The notes: generated by a model from the sequence alone, not told the origin. Shown: positions 49,355 to 61,664, counted from the stretch's first letter. The stretch is 64,000 bases of DNA from Okamejei kenojei (GCA_035221665.1 CM069157.1:8494001-8558000); one strand, 5' to 3'. Made by a program: numbers and translations.

Positions 49355-49971
49355 TGATTTGAGTATAGGAGCAGGGAGGTTCTACTTCAGTTGTATAGGG
49401 TCTTGGTGAGACCACACCTGGAGTATTGCGTACAGTTCTGGTCTCCAAATCTGAGGAAGGACATTATTGCCATAGAGGGAGTGCAGAGAAGGTTCACTAG
49501 ACTGATTCCTGGGATGTCAGGACTGTCTTATGAAGAAAGACTGGATAGACTCGGTTCATACTCTCTAGAATTTAGGAGATTGAGAGGGGATCTTATAGAA
49601 ACTTACAAAATTCTTAAGGGGTTGGACAGGCTAGATGCAGGAAGATTGTTCCCGATGTTGGGGAGGTCCAGGACAAGGGGTCACAGCTTAAGGATAAGGG
49701 GGAAATCCTTTAGGCCCGAGATGAGAAGGACATTTTTCACACAGAGAGTGGTGGGTCTCTGGAACTCTCTGCCACAGAGGGTAGTGGAGGCCAGTTCATT
49801 GGCTATATTTAAGAGGGAGTTAAATGTGGCCCTTGTGGCTAAGGGGATCAGAGGGTATGGAGAGAAGGCAGGTACGGGAGTTAGATGATCAGCCATGATC
49901 ATATTGAATGGCGGTGCAGGCTCGAAGGGCTGAATGGCCTACTCCTGCACCTAATTTCTATGTTTCTATGT
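49355..49971 (+). mobile_element. CR1 family C, 5'-truncated, open C-terminal ORF
   Basis: ORF 49391-49888 'YRVLVRPHLEYCVQFWSP..' and (TTTCTATG) tail. Confidence 0.95.
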
Positions 49972-50329
49972 TAAGATTTTTCGTTATTAATGATTAAAGA
50001 ATCACTGTACAGAAACAGGCTCTTAAGCCCAACTTGCCTATGCTAACCAACATGCTCCACCTACACTTGTCCCACCTGCCTGCATTTGACCCATATTCAC
50101 CCCCAATCCCCCCCCCCCCCTCCCGCGCACACACACAAACACAAATCACAATGGACAAAGTTGGAATGATTTAGCTTTCTGTTATAGCGATACTGAATAC
50201 AAAATTTCTGTTCTGAACTACTGATGGGTCAGATTGGCTCAGACTGAAGCTGAAGTTCAAACAATAAGTCAATGTACTAAGTAACGAGGCACTGGGATGT
50301 GTCACATGTGAATTCACATTAGGTTCCAG

Positions 50330-50680
50330 AGTTGGTCAGAAGTTAAAGAAGAATCAGGCTGTTCGGTCCATTGAGTCTAACACACCATTCAATCACGGCT
50401 GATCTAGTTTTCCCTCTCTTCCCATATCCTAGCTTTCCCCTTAACCCCCTACACCCATACTAATCAAGAATCTGTCAAACTCCTCCTTGAAAATATCCAC
50501 TGACTTGGCCTCCACTGTGGTCTGTGGTAATGATTGAATTCCACAGATTCAACACCCTTTGACTGAAGAAATTCCTCCTCATCTCCTTTCTAAAGGTGTC
50601 CTTTTATTCTGATCCTATGGCATCTGGTCCTAGACTCTCCCACTAGTGGAAACATCCTCTTACATCCATTCTATAGCCTT
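50330..50680 (-). mobile_element. CR1-type 3' fragment
   Basis: Antisense CR1 C-terminus and tail. Confidence 0.8.
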
Positions 50681-50961
50681 ATGAAAATCAAAAAAACTGC
50701 AGATGCTAGAAATCTATAATAAAAACAGAAAATAGTGGAAATGTTCAGGTCAGACAGTGTCTGAGGAAAGAGAAATGTTTTTAATCTGCTGAATGTTTCC
50801 AGTATTTGCAGCTTTCTTATATATTAAAACAAATGGTAGTTCTTGTATAGTTCAATGTCAGTTAATGCTGCTCTGAAGTGCCTGTAAAGTGCCTGAAGTG
50901 CTTTATGAATGGAAATTGGTACTGCTGGAGGCATTCAGTTCCATAGATCCTGTCAGAAGAC

Positions 50962-51460
50962 TGGCATGGAGGTGCAACAATTGAGTGGTTGCCTTACAGT
51001 GCCAGAGAGACCTGGGCTCGATCCAGACTATGGGTTCTATCTGCATGGAGTTTGTATGTTCTCCTTATGACCGTGCAGGTTTTCTCTGGGTGCTCTGGTT
51101 TCCCCCCAAGCTCCAAAGACGTACAGGTTTGTACGTTGACACAAATTGCTGGAGCAACTCTGCAGGGATGAAATGCTCTCTGGAGAGGAGGAATGGGTGT
51201 AATTTCGGGTCAAGACCCTTCTTCAAACATCACCCATTCCTTCTCTCCAGAGATGCTGCCTGTCCCGCTGAGTTACTCCAGCATTTTGCGTCTACCTTCG
51301 ATTTAAACCAGCATCTGCAGTTCTTTCCTACAGGTTTGTAGGTTAATTGGCTTTGGTAATATTGTAAGTTGCCAATAGCGCGTAGGATAGCCTTAGTGGT
51401 GATCGCTGGTCAGTGCTGACTCAGTGAGTCAAAGGGCCTGTTTTTGCGCTGGAGCTCTAG
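50962..51460 (+). mobile_element. HE1-like SINE interrupted by a palindromic PLE pair (51134-51330)
   Basis: Direct repeat tacaggtttgta at 51122-51133 and 51329-51340 flanks the PLE pair. Confidence 0.85.
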
Positions 51461-52504
51461 AATCGGAAGGTCCTAAGTGATAGGAGTAGAATTAGGCCAT
51501 TCGGCCCATCAAGTCTTCCGCCATTCAACCAAGGCTGATCTATCTCTCCCACCTAACCTCATTCTCCTGCCTTCTCCCCATAACCACTGCCACCTGTCCT
51601 AATCAAGAATCTAAAGAGTGTAACGAGAGCAGCGAAGGAGGAATGATAGTGGTCTGAAAGCCACGTAGCAGCATTTCTGTTGATGTTCATAGAATTTGAA
51701 TTTAATCAAAATGTGATAAGTAGCACTGAAATGAGCAGAAAAAAAAAAATAGTAATCTCTCCCAGAAGATTAGGATACCATGGTATCATTGATCAAGGAC
51801 GATTTACGCGTTCCATTTTAATACCAGCGACTCATTCGCACATTCCAAGGAAGAATACTGTAGTTGTAAAGCACTTTTGTGGCTGCGTGTTTTAACCTGT
51901 TTCATCAGAATGAACATTCCAGGTTTTGCTGACATATTCACGATTAAAAACAGTGAGAGCATGTCAAAAGAGAAAAAAAATCAATTTAGTGCTTTCTCTG
52001 AACTAGCCGAGATGCAAATTGCCAAATTCTCCAAAGGCATGCACAATTATTGAACCCAGTTCGTCACAAAAAAATTCCGACATCACCAATCCCAATTTGA
52101 TTTTTTAAGGGCTAAGGCCTGAAGCAACTGGTTTACAAAATCTTGGTTGCAAAGACGTGACGTGGCAGCCTGCAATAAATAGCTATACAAGTTCATAAGA
52201 TCATAAGTGATAGGAGAAGAATTAGGCCATTAGGCCCAACAAGTCCACTCCGCCATTCAATCATGGCTGATCTATCTCTCCCTCCTAACCCCATTCTCCA
52301 GCCTCCTCCCTGTAACCTCTGACACCTGTACACATTTAGTGCATATCAACAAACCATAATATACACAAACCAGCCCCCCTTGTATTGACTCCATTTACAT
52401 CTCACGCTGCCTCGGCAAGGCCAGTAGCCTCCATCCTCCAGGTCTTTGGGGGGACGAGCAAGGGCTCGTGCAGCAGCTTCCCCACTCCCAGGTCAGCAGT
52501 CCCA

Positions 52505-52950
52505 TTTTTTTTTTTTAAATGTATCAAAATCATTTATTCAACTACGACACAAAATAACACTTTAAGAACAAAACCGTGGGGACACGCCCATCACCAAAGT
52601 ACAAAATCACCAAATTATCTAAAACACTGAATTTTCAAATAACAATAATACAATCCTTATTGAGGATACATTCCACCCCCTGCGGTCCCAGTAATCCCCC
52701 AGGGCGCACGTGGACAGCGCGCAGTCCCCCGTCAGTACCAACGAGGAGGGGACCGGTTTGACGACTTCCTCCTGCAGCTGCGATCCACCGAGACTGCCGT
52801 TCGGCCGTGGGGGACGGGATTGGCGAGCTCCCCTCGACCCGACACCACGATCCACTGGACTTTGAGATCGGCCGCAATGACCAGCTCGGCAGACTCCCTC
52901 TTCCATTCTGTTCAGCCACGTCCTCCTGTGAACGCCAGCCATTAAAAGCA
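52505..52950 (-). mobile_element. Tx1/L1-clade LINE 3' fragment
   Basis: Antisense frame ends 'GPQGVECILNKDCIIVI*' (Tx1-like ORF2 end), with AATAAA and poly-A (T-run at 52505-52516). Confidence 0.65.
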
Positions 52951-52975
52951 ATTCACCTTGTTAGCCCTTCTTTTA

Positions 52976-53567
52976 TGGCCCTGTCCCACAGTCCGAGTTC
53001 ATTCAAGAGTTCTCCCGAGTTTGCCCTGATTCGACCTCGGATATTTATGGCCCTGTCCCACAATGAGAGTTCATCCAAGAGCTCTCCCGAGTTTTAAAAA
53101 AGAACAGACTCGTGGTAAGCACGGAGAATGAACGTAGCGGGTACGTTGGAACTCGGGGACGTCTCTTAGCGGCTCGTAACGCTAACGGCAAGTACTCTGG
53201 AAGACTCGCTAATGGCAGGTAAGCACGGGAAGACTCGTGAAGATTTTTCAGCAGGTTGAAAAATGTCCACATGAGCCCCAAGTACCGACAAGTGGCCATC
53301 ACCGTAAATCTCCAAGTTCCAATCAGGGCAAGCCCGGGAGAACTCTTTGAATGAAGTCGTACAGTGGGACAGGGCTTTTATGGTATTAGCCGCTCGTAGG
53401 TACTCGGGGCTCTCGTGGACATTCCCAAGTACCCGCCGTTAGCGTAACGAGCCGCTAAGAGATGCCCCGAGCTGTACCCGACGTACATTCTACGTGCTTC
53501 CACAGTGTTTTAATTTTTTTAAACTCGGGAGAGCTCTTGAATGAGCTCGTACAGAGGGACAGCCCCA
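52976..53567. mobile_element. Harbinger-type MITE containing an inverted copy of its own family (inner 53048-53377)
   Basis: Four termini of type 'gccctgtcccac'/'gtgggacagggc'. The inner copy is flanked by TTA at 53045-53047 and 53378-53380. Confidence 0.88.
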
Positions 53568-54089
53568 GTAAACAGTCTCTCCATTGCCACATGCATTAAT
53601 ACTCAATGTAACTACTGACAACTATTTTTATTCTGCTTTCAAAAACATATCGTCCTGAAGTCAAAAGGAACTAAAATTTGAGAAGTGAAAGGGAAACACA
53701 GGTATGCTACAACTGTTCCACACGTTTAATGGCAATTGACAACGTTGACTTAGTTCAGAAGGTAATTATTCCAAATGTCTTTAAGTGAAAGAATTAAGCA
53801 GAAAATGTGCTTGGATGTCATGCTTGGTTGGGCAAAGTACTCATTTCCCACAACATTAAAACCCAGGACAAACATTTCCATAGTGGAAGAGGAATCTGAA
53901 AGACCCATTGGGGGTTTCAGAGAAAAATCAACGTGACCTCCTATTCCCAGGAAATTTGAATGGTGCTACAGGAGAATATCTCGCACTCTGATATGGAACC
54001 ATAAGAAATGAACAAGCTATTTGGCTTAAATTGCAAATACTGTGAGGGTTTCAGTTCCATTAATAGAGAGCAACTCAATTTAATTCTCT

Positions 54090-54382
54090 ATGGTGGTGCA
54101 GTGGTAGAGTTGCTGCTTTACAGCGCCAGAGACCCGAGTTCGATCCAGACTACGGGAGCTTTTCTGCACAGAGTTTGTACGTTCTCCCCGTGAGTTTTCT
54201 CCTAGATTTTTGGTTTCCTCCCACACTCCAAACACATACAGGTTTGTAGTTCAATTGACTTAGTATACATGTAAAGTTGTCCTTAGTGTGCGTAGGGTAG
54301 TATTAATGTTCAGGGAACACTGGTCAGTGTGGACCTGGTGGGGCGAAGGGCCTGTTTCCACACTTTGTCTCTAAACTAAAGG
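54090..54382 (+). mobile_element. HE1-like SINE
   Basis: Head, V-domain and tail. Confidence 0.88.
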
Positions 54383-54471
54383 AAAAACTAATTAACTGCA
54401 TAGAAAACCAACTTGCCAGACCAAATATTGTACAGCTATTGGGGCTTTGCAAAGGGTAACTTGAATATTAC

Positions 54472-54712
54472 ATTCTCACAGAGAGTGGCGAGTCTGTGGA
54501 ATTCTCTGCCTCAGAGGGCGGTGGAGGCAGGTTCTCTGGATGCCTTCAAGAGAGAGATACATAGGGCTCTTAAAAATAGCAGAGTCAGGGGATGTGGTGA
54601 TAAGGCAGGAACGGGGTTCTGGTTGGGGATGATCAGCCATGATCACATTGAATGGCGGTGCTGGCTCGAAGGGCCGAATGGCCTACTCTTGCACCTATTG
54701 TCTCTTGTCTAC
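54472..54712 (+). mobile_element. CR1-type 3' fragment
   Basis: 'FSQRVASLWNSLPQRAVEAGSLDAFKRE' with tail. Confidence 0.88.
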
Positions 54713-54929
54713 ATTGGAATGACGAATGTAGAACAAGGGAGCACCACCATAAACAGACTCCCCATACGCATATCATTCTGCCTTCGTTACCATTCTATTC
54801 AATTCCCGGAACTCCTTACCTAACAGATGTTGCCTTCACCACGAGGAACAATGCAATTCACAAGGTTGCTCAAGTTTACTTTTCTCCCCCTCAAGGATAA
54901 TTAGAAAAGGGTTCATATAATGGAGATGC

Positions 54930-55197
54930 ACGAGGTGCAGTGGAGCAGCGGTAGTTGGTTCCTTGCAGTGCCAGAGACCCAGGTTCCATCCTGACTACGG
55001 ATGCTTGTCTGTACATTCTCCCCGCGACTTGCGGTGGTTTTCCCCGGGCGCTCCGGTTTCCTCCCACACTCCAAAGACGTACAGGTTTGTCAGTTAATTG
55101 GCTTAGTTAATTTGTAAATTGTGCGTAGGATAGTGTTGATGGCATGGACACGGTGGGCCTAAGGGCCTGTTTCCATGCTGTATCTCTAACCTAAAGT
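54930..55197 (+). mobile_element. HE1-like SINE
   Basis: Head, V-domain and tail. Confidence 0.88.
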
Positions 55198-55342
55198 AAA
55201 AAATAATGCAGGTGCTAAAATCTCGAATTTAAAAAAAAAAAACTGCTGGAGGAACTCAATAGGCCAGGCAGTATCTGTACTGGAAAATATGGACAGATGA
55301 TGGTTCAGATCGGGACCCTTCGTCATACTCTGGAGGTTGGTT

Positions 55343-55480
55343 TTCTTCTTCTTGCGTATGGCGTGCACAGCCTAAAGTTGTAAGACAACTTGTTCTGTTT
55401 GATCTTCTGTTTGTGCACGCCAGGTTGATTGCATTTGTTGAGACAGGCTGGACCAAGTGAAGGTTGTAATCTCCCACCCC
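55343..55480 (-). mobile_element. HDV-ribozyme mini-retroelement (copy 3, longest), inserted in a PLE pair
   Basis: Reverse complement ggggtgggagattacaaccttcacttggtccagcctgtctcaacaaatgcaatc..ttacaactttaggctgtgcacgccatacgcaagaagaag. Degenerate TSD tggaggttggtt / tgaaggcgggtt. Confidence 0.85.
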
Positions 55481-56027
55481 TGAAGGCGGGTTAGCAGTAC
55501 AGGACAGTCTGAACTCCTCTTCTTCACTCCGTCCATTCCCTTCCGCAGATGCTGACTGGTCCTCTGAGTTTCTCCTGCACTTCTGTTTTCTGCATAGGGT
55601 TACATATTAGCCTTGCCAGGAATGTCCTCATCCAGTATATAAAATAAAAAAACAAAATTATGGGCCAAATGGTTTTATTCTGCACCATCAATTTCCGTGA
55701 TCCTGTGAAAGGAGATTTATCCTCCACAAGCCAACATTGTGGGAGTAGCGAAGTTAACAACATCTTGGCTAAATGGTGAAAGTTTGTCCCAATTGCAGTG
55801 CAGATGTCTAGAATAAATAACACGTCAAGGAATCTTAAAATACCATCTGTGAACAGATTAATCAGGAGACGTTAAATGAGGTGCCACTTCATATACAGAT
55901 AAGCATCAAGTTAGCAAAATGTGTCCCGATTAAGGTACAGAAGAATTGTTGATATAATTTGACGGGCTTTGACGGTGACCGACTGACTAACCGTCCGATC
56001 AGGCGGTGCGGCCGGGACTGGAAGAGC

Positions 56028-56114
56028 AGTGTGAGTGTGAGTGTGAGTGTGAGTGTGAGTGTGAGTGTGAGTGTGAGTGTGAGTGTGAGTGTGTGTCTGT
56101 GTCTGTGTGTGTGT
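56028..56114. repeat. (GTGAGT)n hexamer microsatellite grading into (GT)n
   Basis: About 10 units, directly visible. Confidence 0.95.
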
Positions 56115-56154
56115 CCCAGCACTGTATGGCACGGGTGCCCAATGCAGTATAGTT

Positions 56155-56490
56155 ATTTGTTGTTCCCGATGTTGGGGAAGTCCAGGACAAGGGGTCACAG
56201 CTTAAGGATAAGGGGGAGGAAATCCTTTAAGACCGAGATGAGAAAGACTTTTTTCACACAGAGAGTGGTGCGTCTCTGGAACTCTCTGCCACAGAGGGTA
56301 GTTGAGGCCACTTCATTGGCTATATTTAAGAGGGAGTTAGATGTGGCCCTTGTGGCTAAAGGGATCAGAGGGTATGGAGAGAAGGCAGGTACGGGATACT
56401 GAGTTGGATGATCAGCCATGATCATATTGAATGGCGGTGCAGGCTCGAAGGGCCGAATGGCCTACTCCTGCACCTAATTTCTATGCTTCT
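56155..56490 (+). mobile_element. CR1 family C 3' fragment
   Basis: 'LFPMLGKSRTRGHSLRIRG..WNSLPQRVVEA' with tail. Confidence 0.93.
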
Positions 56491-57734
56491 AATTAACTGA
56501 TGCCTGCATTTATTGTAGGCTCCTGGCTCCTACGGTAGACTACGGCATAACCACCTCCAAGGCTGAGCATCACACAGGGGAATTAGACGCTGCGTTTTAA
56601 ATTCATGCCCCAAAATGTGCAAGGCCACATCTTCCCACAGCTGCCTACAAAATTCAATCAATAAAAGTGCAACATGGCAGCAGCGTATCGCAATCAGCCT
56701 CCGCGATTCATCCCACTGCACTGTGAGAAATTGAATTTAGTTTAGTTTAGAGATCTCGGGCGGAAACAAGTCAATAGATGCAGGAGTAAGACATTCGGCC
56801 CCTCAAGCCAGCACCGCCATTCAATTTGATCGTGGCTGATCATCCACAAACAGTACCCCATTCCTGCCTTCTCCCCCATATCCCCCATCTTCAAGAGCCC
56901 CATCTAGCTCTCTCTTGAGCCGTTGCATCTCCCTGAAGGAGTGACTGGGAGGAGATGTGCATGGAGTCTGATTTGCACTAAATGACATGTTTTGACAATG
57001 CAAATGGTTTCACAAACTCGCAGGATTGTTCAGGTTTCAAGTTAAACTAGAACTATCAAAACAAAGATTTGTTATTTGTGAACTTTGAAAGATTGAGCGA
57101 AAGAAATGATTAATTAAGGAACATGAAGCCGGCAGGTCTAATTGTATCCGTTTTGGACATGTTTGGAGAAATGCACCAAGAGGAAGCAACAATATGTAAC
57201 ACATAATTGGAATCAAGGACGGTCACATTAACAAGCCTTGCTCATTTTGATCCTGCTGGAAAAGAGAAAATTAAGTTACTTACAGTGAAAAAGCCAACAG
57301 GTTTAAACTAGGGTGTAAATATTGATGAGGTTCTAAATTAAAGGTGTCAAAGCTAGTGTCGTTCTCTGTAATTATCCTCCCTTGGCCATTTGTGATGAAG
57401 AAATTGAAAAAGTATTAGATTAATTGCCAAGGTATTACATTTCCACTGCTGGGAGGACCCTACTTGGATACAAGTGCTGCCCAACAGTGTTGTGTGCTAT
57501 CAAGGGTGAAACACAAAATACAATAAAGTAATAGCCTCTTCCTTTGAAAGCACATCATTCTTCATTCCTTTAAGCAGTCCACTAATCGCTCTAAATAAGG
57601 TCATAAAACCTTGTCATCACAAACGTGTGAATCCTGTGGTGAAATATCATAGCACTGGACGAATGTCAATGGACTCCACTAGAACCTGTTTTACAAGATG
57701 TCCAGTGATGAGCAAGGGGAGAGAATAAAAATCA

Positions 57735-58030
57735 GTTCAGTCTGATGAAGGGTCTCGACCCGAAATGTCACCTCACCAGAGATGCTGCCTGTCCCACTTA
57801 GTTACTCCAGCTGCTTGCATCCAACTTCAATAGCCCTCGCTTTCCCTCTCTCTCTATTCCCAGTTTCCCTACCAGTCTTACTGTCTCCAACCACATTTTA
57901 TCTCTGAACCGCCCACTCCCCTGAGATCAGTCTGAAGAAGGGTCTCGACCCAAAACATCACCCATCCCTTCTCTCCAGAAATGCTGCCTGTCATATTGAG
58001 TTACTCCAGCGTTTAGTGTCTATCTTCCAT
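57735..58030 (+). mobile_element. Tandem PLE terminal repeats with two hammerhead-like cores
   Basis: ctgatgaagggtctcgacccgaaatgtc (57742-57769) and ctgaagaagggtctcgacccaaaacatc (57932-57959), 190 bp apart. Confidence 0.75.
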
Positions 58031-59117
58031 ATCTTAAAAAATGCAGACATCGGATTTTGGACCGTCAGCTGTCTACAAAATGACCATGATTTGATGAAAA
58101 GTATATAATAAATCTAATAGAGCTTATTTTATATTCATTAATAAGATGTGGGCATCACTTGAATTTATGGCCCACTCTTATTTGCAATGAGAAAATGATG
58201 AAGCACCTCTCTGAACCAGTGGTAATTAGTTTGTAGTTAAAATACTATGTGGAATGCATGTCTCGCAAAAAACAAGAACTTGGGAAATCGAATGTGAAGT
58301 TATTACTTATGGCAAAATGTTTCTATTAAATGCTCAATTTCCATTGAAATATTGTTTATAGACACAAAATGCTGGAGTAACTCAATAGGTCAGGCAACAT
58401 CTCCGGAGAAAAAGAATAGATTGACATTTCAGGTCGGATCCCTTCTTCAGACTTGGGGATGATCAGCCATGTTCATATGGAAGGGCCAAATGGCCTACTC
58501 CTGCACCAATATCATATTCATACTTCAGTATTGGTTATATTTCAATACTGGGATCAAGGAAAGAGCGTTCACGTCACGGCCCTGTTTCCATCAATCTTTC
58601 CACAACCACGCACAAGACAGACCCCATTGTGCAGATGCCGAGAAGTGTGTTCAGCTCTGGCTGAACAACTTCTAATCTTGTATGTGGGCTCGATAAGCGG
58701 AATACTATTTCAATACTGAAATACTGTACTTCAGTATTGGTTATTCTTCCTGGCATTGAACCTAATGAATCAAATTTATGAAGGGATGACAAATGTCCAG
58801 TATTTTACATCCCTATATTATGAAGATTAAAAAAAGATACACCCTCAATATATTCTTTAAATGCCAAGTCTACTCAGTGTTTGTGCGTAGAGAATGTGAG
58901 CACCATTTTATATGAAGCACAAGAACGTTACACAATGTACCAAAGGCATTAGAAAACCTACATTGATCTTTACTGCAATAGTGATGGAGCACATGAAAGA
59001 AAGCTTGCAGCTAACATACAGTGCTTTGGTGTAACCACATCTAACTCTAAAGTTCCTGCATCTAGACTACAAGTAGAATACAATTGCCTCCGATGCTGAG
59101 CAATTAAGATTGATCAT

Positions 59118-59776
59118 GACAGGAGGCTGCAACGCTCGCAGCTCCTGCAGCAGCTGGTGGTGGTTGCAGCGGCGGCTGGTACAACCTCTCCGCTCCGGTG
59201 GTCGACTCCGGGCAGGTCATGCGGGAGAGCTCGGCGGCCGTCACACAGGGCCTGGAGCGGTGTGGGGGTTAAATGCGGGGCATGGTCCGTTGCCGGGCCT
59301 GGTCACACAAGGACTGTCACTGGACCGCGCCCCTTGACCCGGGGCGGCCTGCGGCATACCTTAGGGTAGGGCCGGGTTGGCGGCAGCGTCGTTCTGCAGG
59401 GATGGCAGTCGACTGCAGACATCAGGTCCCCCGAGGCTGCGTGCGTCAGGAGAAATCCAAGTTTCAATTTGGATAGTCGGGGTCACCAATGTAACAGCAC
59501 CAAACGTGGTGAATAAGGCCAGACATCAGGCAGGTTCAAACAGTAGTTTTATTCAGGTGTTACATGTTAAGTTGGTCCGCTAACGTAATTATCATTGCTG
59601 CTGTAGCCGAGCGAGGTTGTTCTCTCGGGCTCAGGTACCTGGTGACTACTAGGTCGTGAGGTGAGATAAGCCTAAGTAGCAGGACACTCCCCCTAGCCCA
59701 TGACGTCACGTGCCAGACCTCGTAGCTGCTGACGAGGGTTCGACCATAAGTGGTCTGTGTATCAGCTGACGCCACA
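59118..59776 (-). mobile_element. LTR retrotransposon (Gypsy-like) 5' LTR, PBS and truncated GC-rich internal region
   Basis: LTR 59490-59776 with TGT..ACA termini and minus-strand AATAAA (59548-59553). PBS TGGTGACCCCGAC at 59476-59488, 1 nt from the LTR end. Confidence 0.8.
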
Positions 59777-59809
59777 TTATTATTGAAATAGGAATGTGAT
59801 CCCAAGACT

Positions 59810-60012
59810 CCAGAGATACAGTGCAGAAACAGGCCCTTCGGCCCAATGAGTCGGTGCTGACCAGCGATCTCCACGCACTAACACTATTGCATACACGAGA
59901 GACCTGGAGAAAAGCCACAGTCACAGGGAGAACATACAAATGTTGTCCAGACAGTGCCCGCAGTCAGGATCTCTGGCGCTGTAGGGCAGCAACTCTACCA
60001 CTGTGCTGCCCC
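59810..60012 (-). mobile_element. HE1-like SINE, internally deleted
   Basis: Reverse-complement tail and head. Confidence 0.8.
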
Positions 60013-60780
60013 GAGCATAGGATAGAATATATTTTTCTGAAGCAAAAACGAGGGGTCTCACAGATGTTGCCCGAATCCATCTGCTCTTCCTTATTTGCTA
60101 CAGATTCCTGTATCTGTAGCCTTTAGAATTTAACTAGAATGAGAGATGATCCAACTCTAAAATGGGAGGATGAGATCGAGTAACTACTGAGGATGTTTTC
60201 TCAACCTGGAGAAGATAAAAAATAGACAGAATCCCAGGATAAGGAATTGCCATTTAAGGCTGAGATGAGGAGAGATTTCTTCAGTCATTGGATTGCGATT
60301 TGCAATTCATTTCCCCCCCCCCCCCCCCCAGAGATTGTGGACATTTTCATTGACCACATATAAAAATGGAATCACTCGATTTTAAATTCTAAAGAAAATT
60401 CAGATTAATTTATGGTCACGTAGACTGGAGTGAAATGAAATTCCTTGTTCACGTGAAGCTCATACTATACACACACACGGTAATATAAGATATAACAATA
60501 TATACGATGAGAAATGCTAAACAGCAAAATAGTGAAAAGATTGCAACACAAAGTGAAGTAGTGCAAAGATAAAATAAATAAAGTGCAATAATGGAATAAT
60601 CAAAGTGGAATTAAGATTACATGACAGCACCTCTGGGGAAATTGGGGAAAAAGAGGTGATTGGTACAGGAGTCTCTCTGCCACGGGGAATGAGCTGTTCT
60701 TATATGTGTCTAGTTATGGAGCTTTCAAGCTTTTATATCTTCTCCTAAAAGGTAGAAGCAGTTCTTATGTCCACATATTA

Positions 60781-61490
60781 TAGACAATAGGTGCAGGAGT
60801 AGGCCATTCGGCCCTTCGAGCCAGCACCGCCATTCAATGTGATCATATAACAATTACAGCATGGAAACAGGCCCTCTCGGCCCTTCCAGTCCGTGCCGAC
60901 CATTTGTTTTCCCCTAGTCCCATCTACCTGCACTCAGACCATACCCCTCCATTCCCTTCCCGTCCATATACCTATCCACTTTACTTTTAAATGTTAAAAT
61001 CGATCCTGCCTCCACCACTTCTGCTGGAAGCTCATTCCACACAGCCACCACCCTCTGAATAAAGAAGTTCCCCCTCATGTTACCCCTAAACTTCCATCCC
61101 TTAATTCGCATGTCATACCCTCTTGTTTGAATCTTCCCTACCCTTAATGGGAAAAGCTTATCCACGTCAACTCTGTCTATCCCTTTCATCATTTTAAAGA
61201 CCTCAATCAAGTCCCTCCTTAACCTAATGCGCTCCAAAGAATAAAGACCTAACTTGTTCAAATGGCTGATCATCCACAATCAGTACCCTGTTTTTTCCTT
61301 CTCCCCATACCCACTGACTCCACTATCTTTAAGAGCCCTATCAAGCTCTCTCTTGAAAGTATCCAGAGAACCAGCCTCCACCGCCCTCTGAGGCAGAGAA
61401 TTCCACAGACTCACAACTCCCCATGTGAAAGTGTTTCCTCATCTCCATTCTAAATGCCTTACCCCACTTATTCTTAAACTGTGGCCCCCG
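60781..61490 (-). mobile_element. CR1 tail fragment interrupted by a CR1 family A copy (60846-61261)
   Basis: Host 'ttcaatgtgatcat|ggctgatc' is split. Inner ORF 60914-61279 matches the family A C-terminus. Confidence 0.9.
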
Positions 61491-61664
61491 TCTTGAGCTG
61501 TCAAGCTCTTGTATTTCTCCTAAAAAGGTAGAAGAAAGAAAATGGAACAGCCAAGGTAGCAGGCATCCTTGACAATACCTCCAGCCTTACTAAAGGACAC
61601 TGCAGATTCAGGTGGTCAGGTGCAGAGCAGTTGCCATACCTGCCCTTGACCACCTGGTGGCGCA

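Noticed and set aside
56028-56092. (GTGAGT)n as an array of splice donors
   Set aside because: More simply a slippage derivative of the adjacent (GT)n, with no upstream exon evident.
56549-56638. Minus-strand 90-nt exon (QLWEDVALHILGHEFKTQRLIPLCDAQPW)
   Set aside because: Weak donor, unrecognised peptide and no compatible neighbouring exon.
57283-57500. Minus-strand exon with a GTAAGT donor
   Set aside because: There are stop codons in all three frames from the best acceptor.
58521-58745. Short direct repeats (tacttcagtattggttat, tatttcaatactg) flanking about 150 bp as an insertion element
   Set aside because: The repeat order is permuted, there are no TIRs or tail, and there is no second copy in the window.
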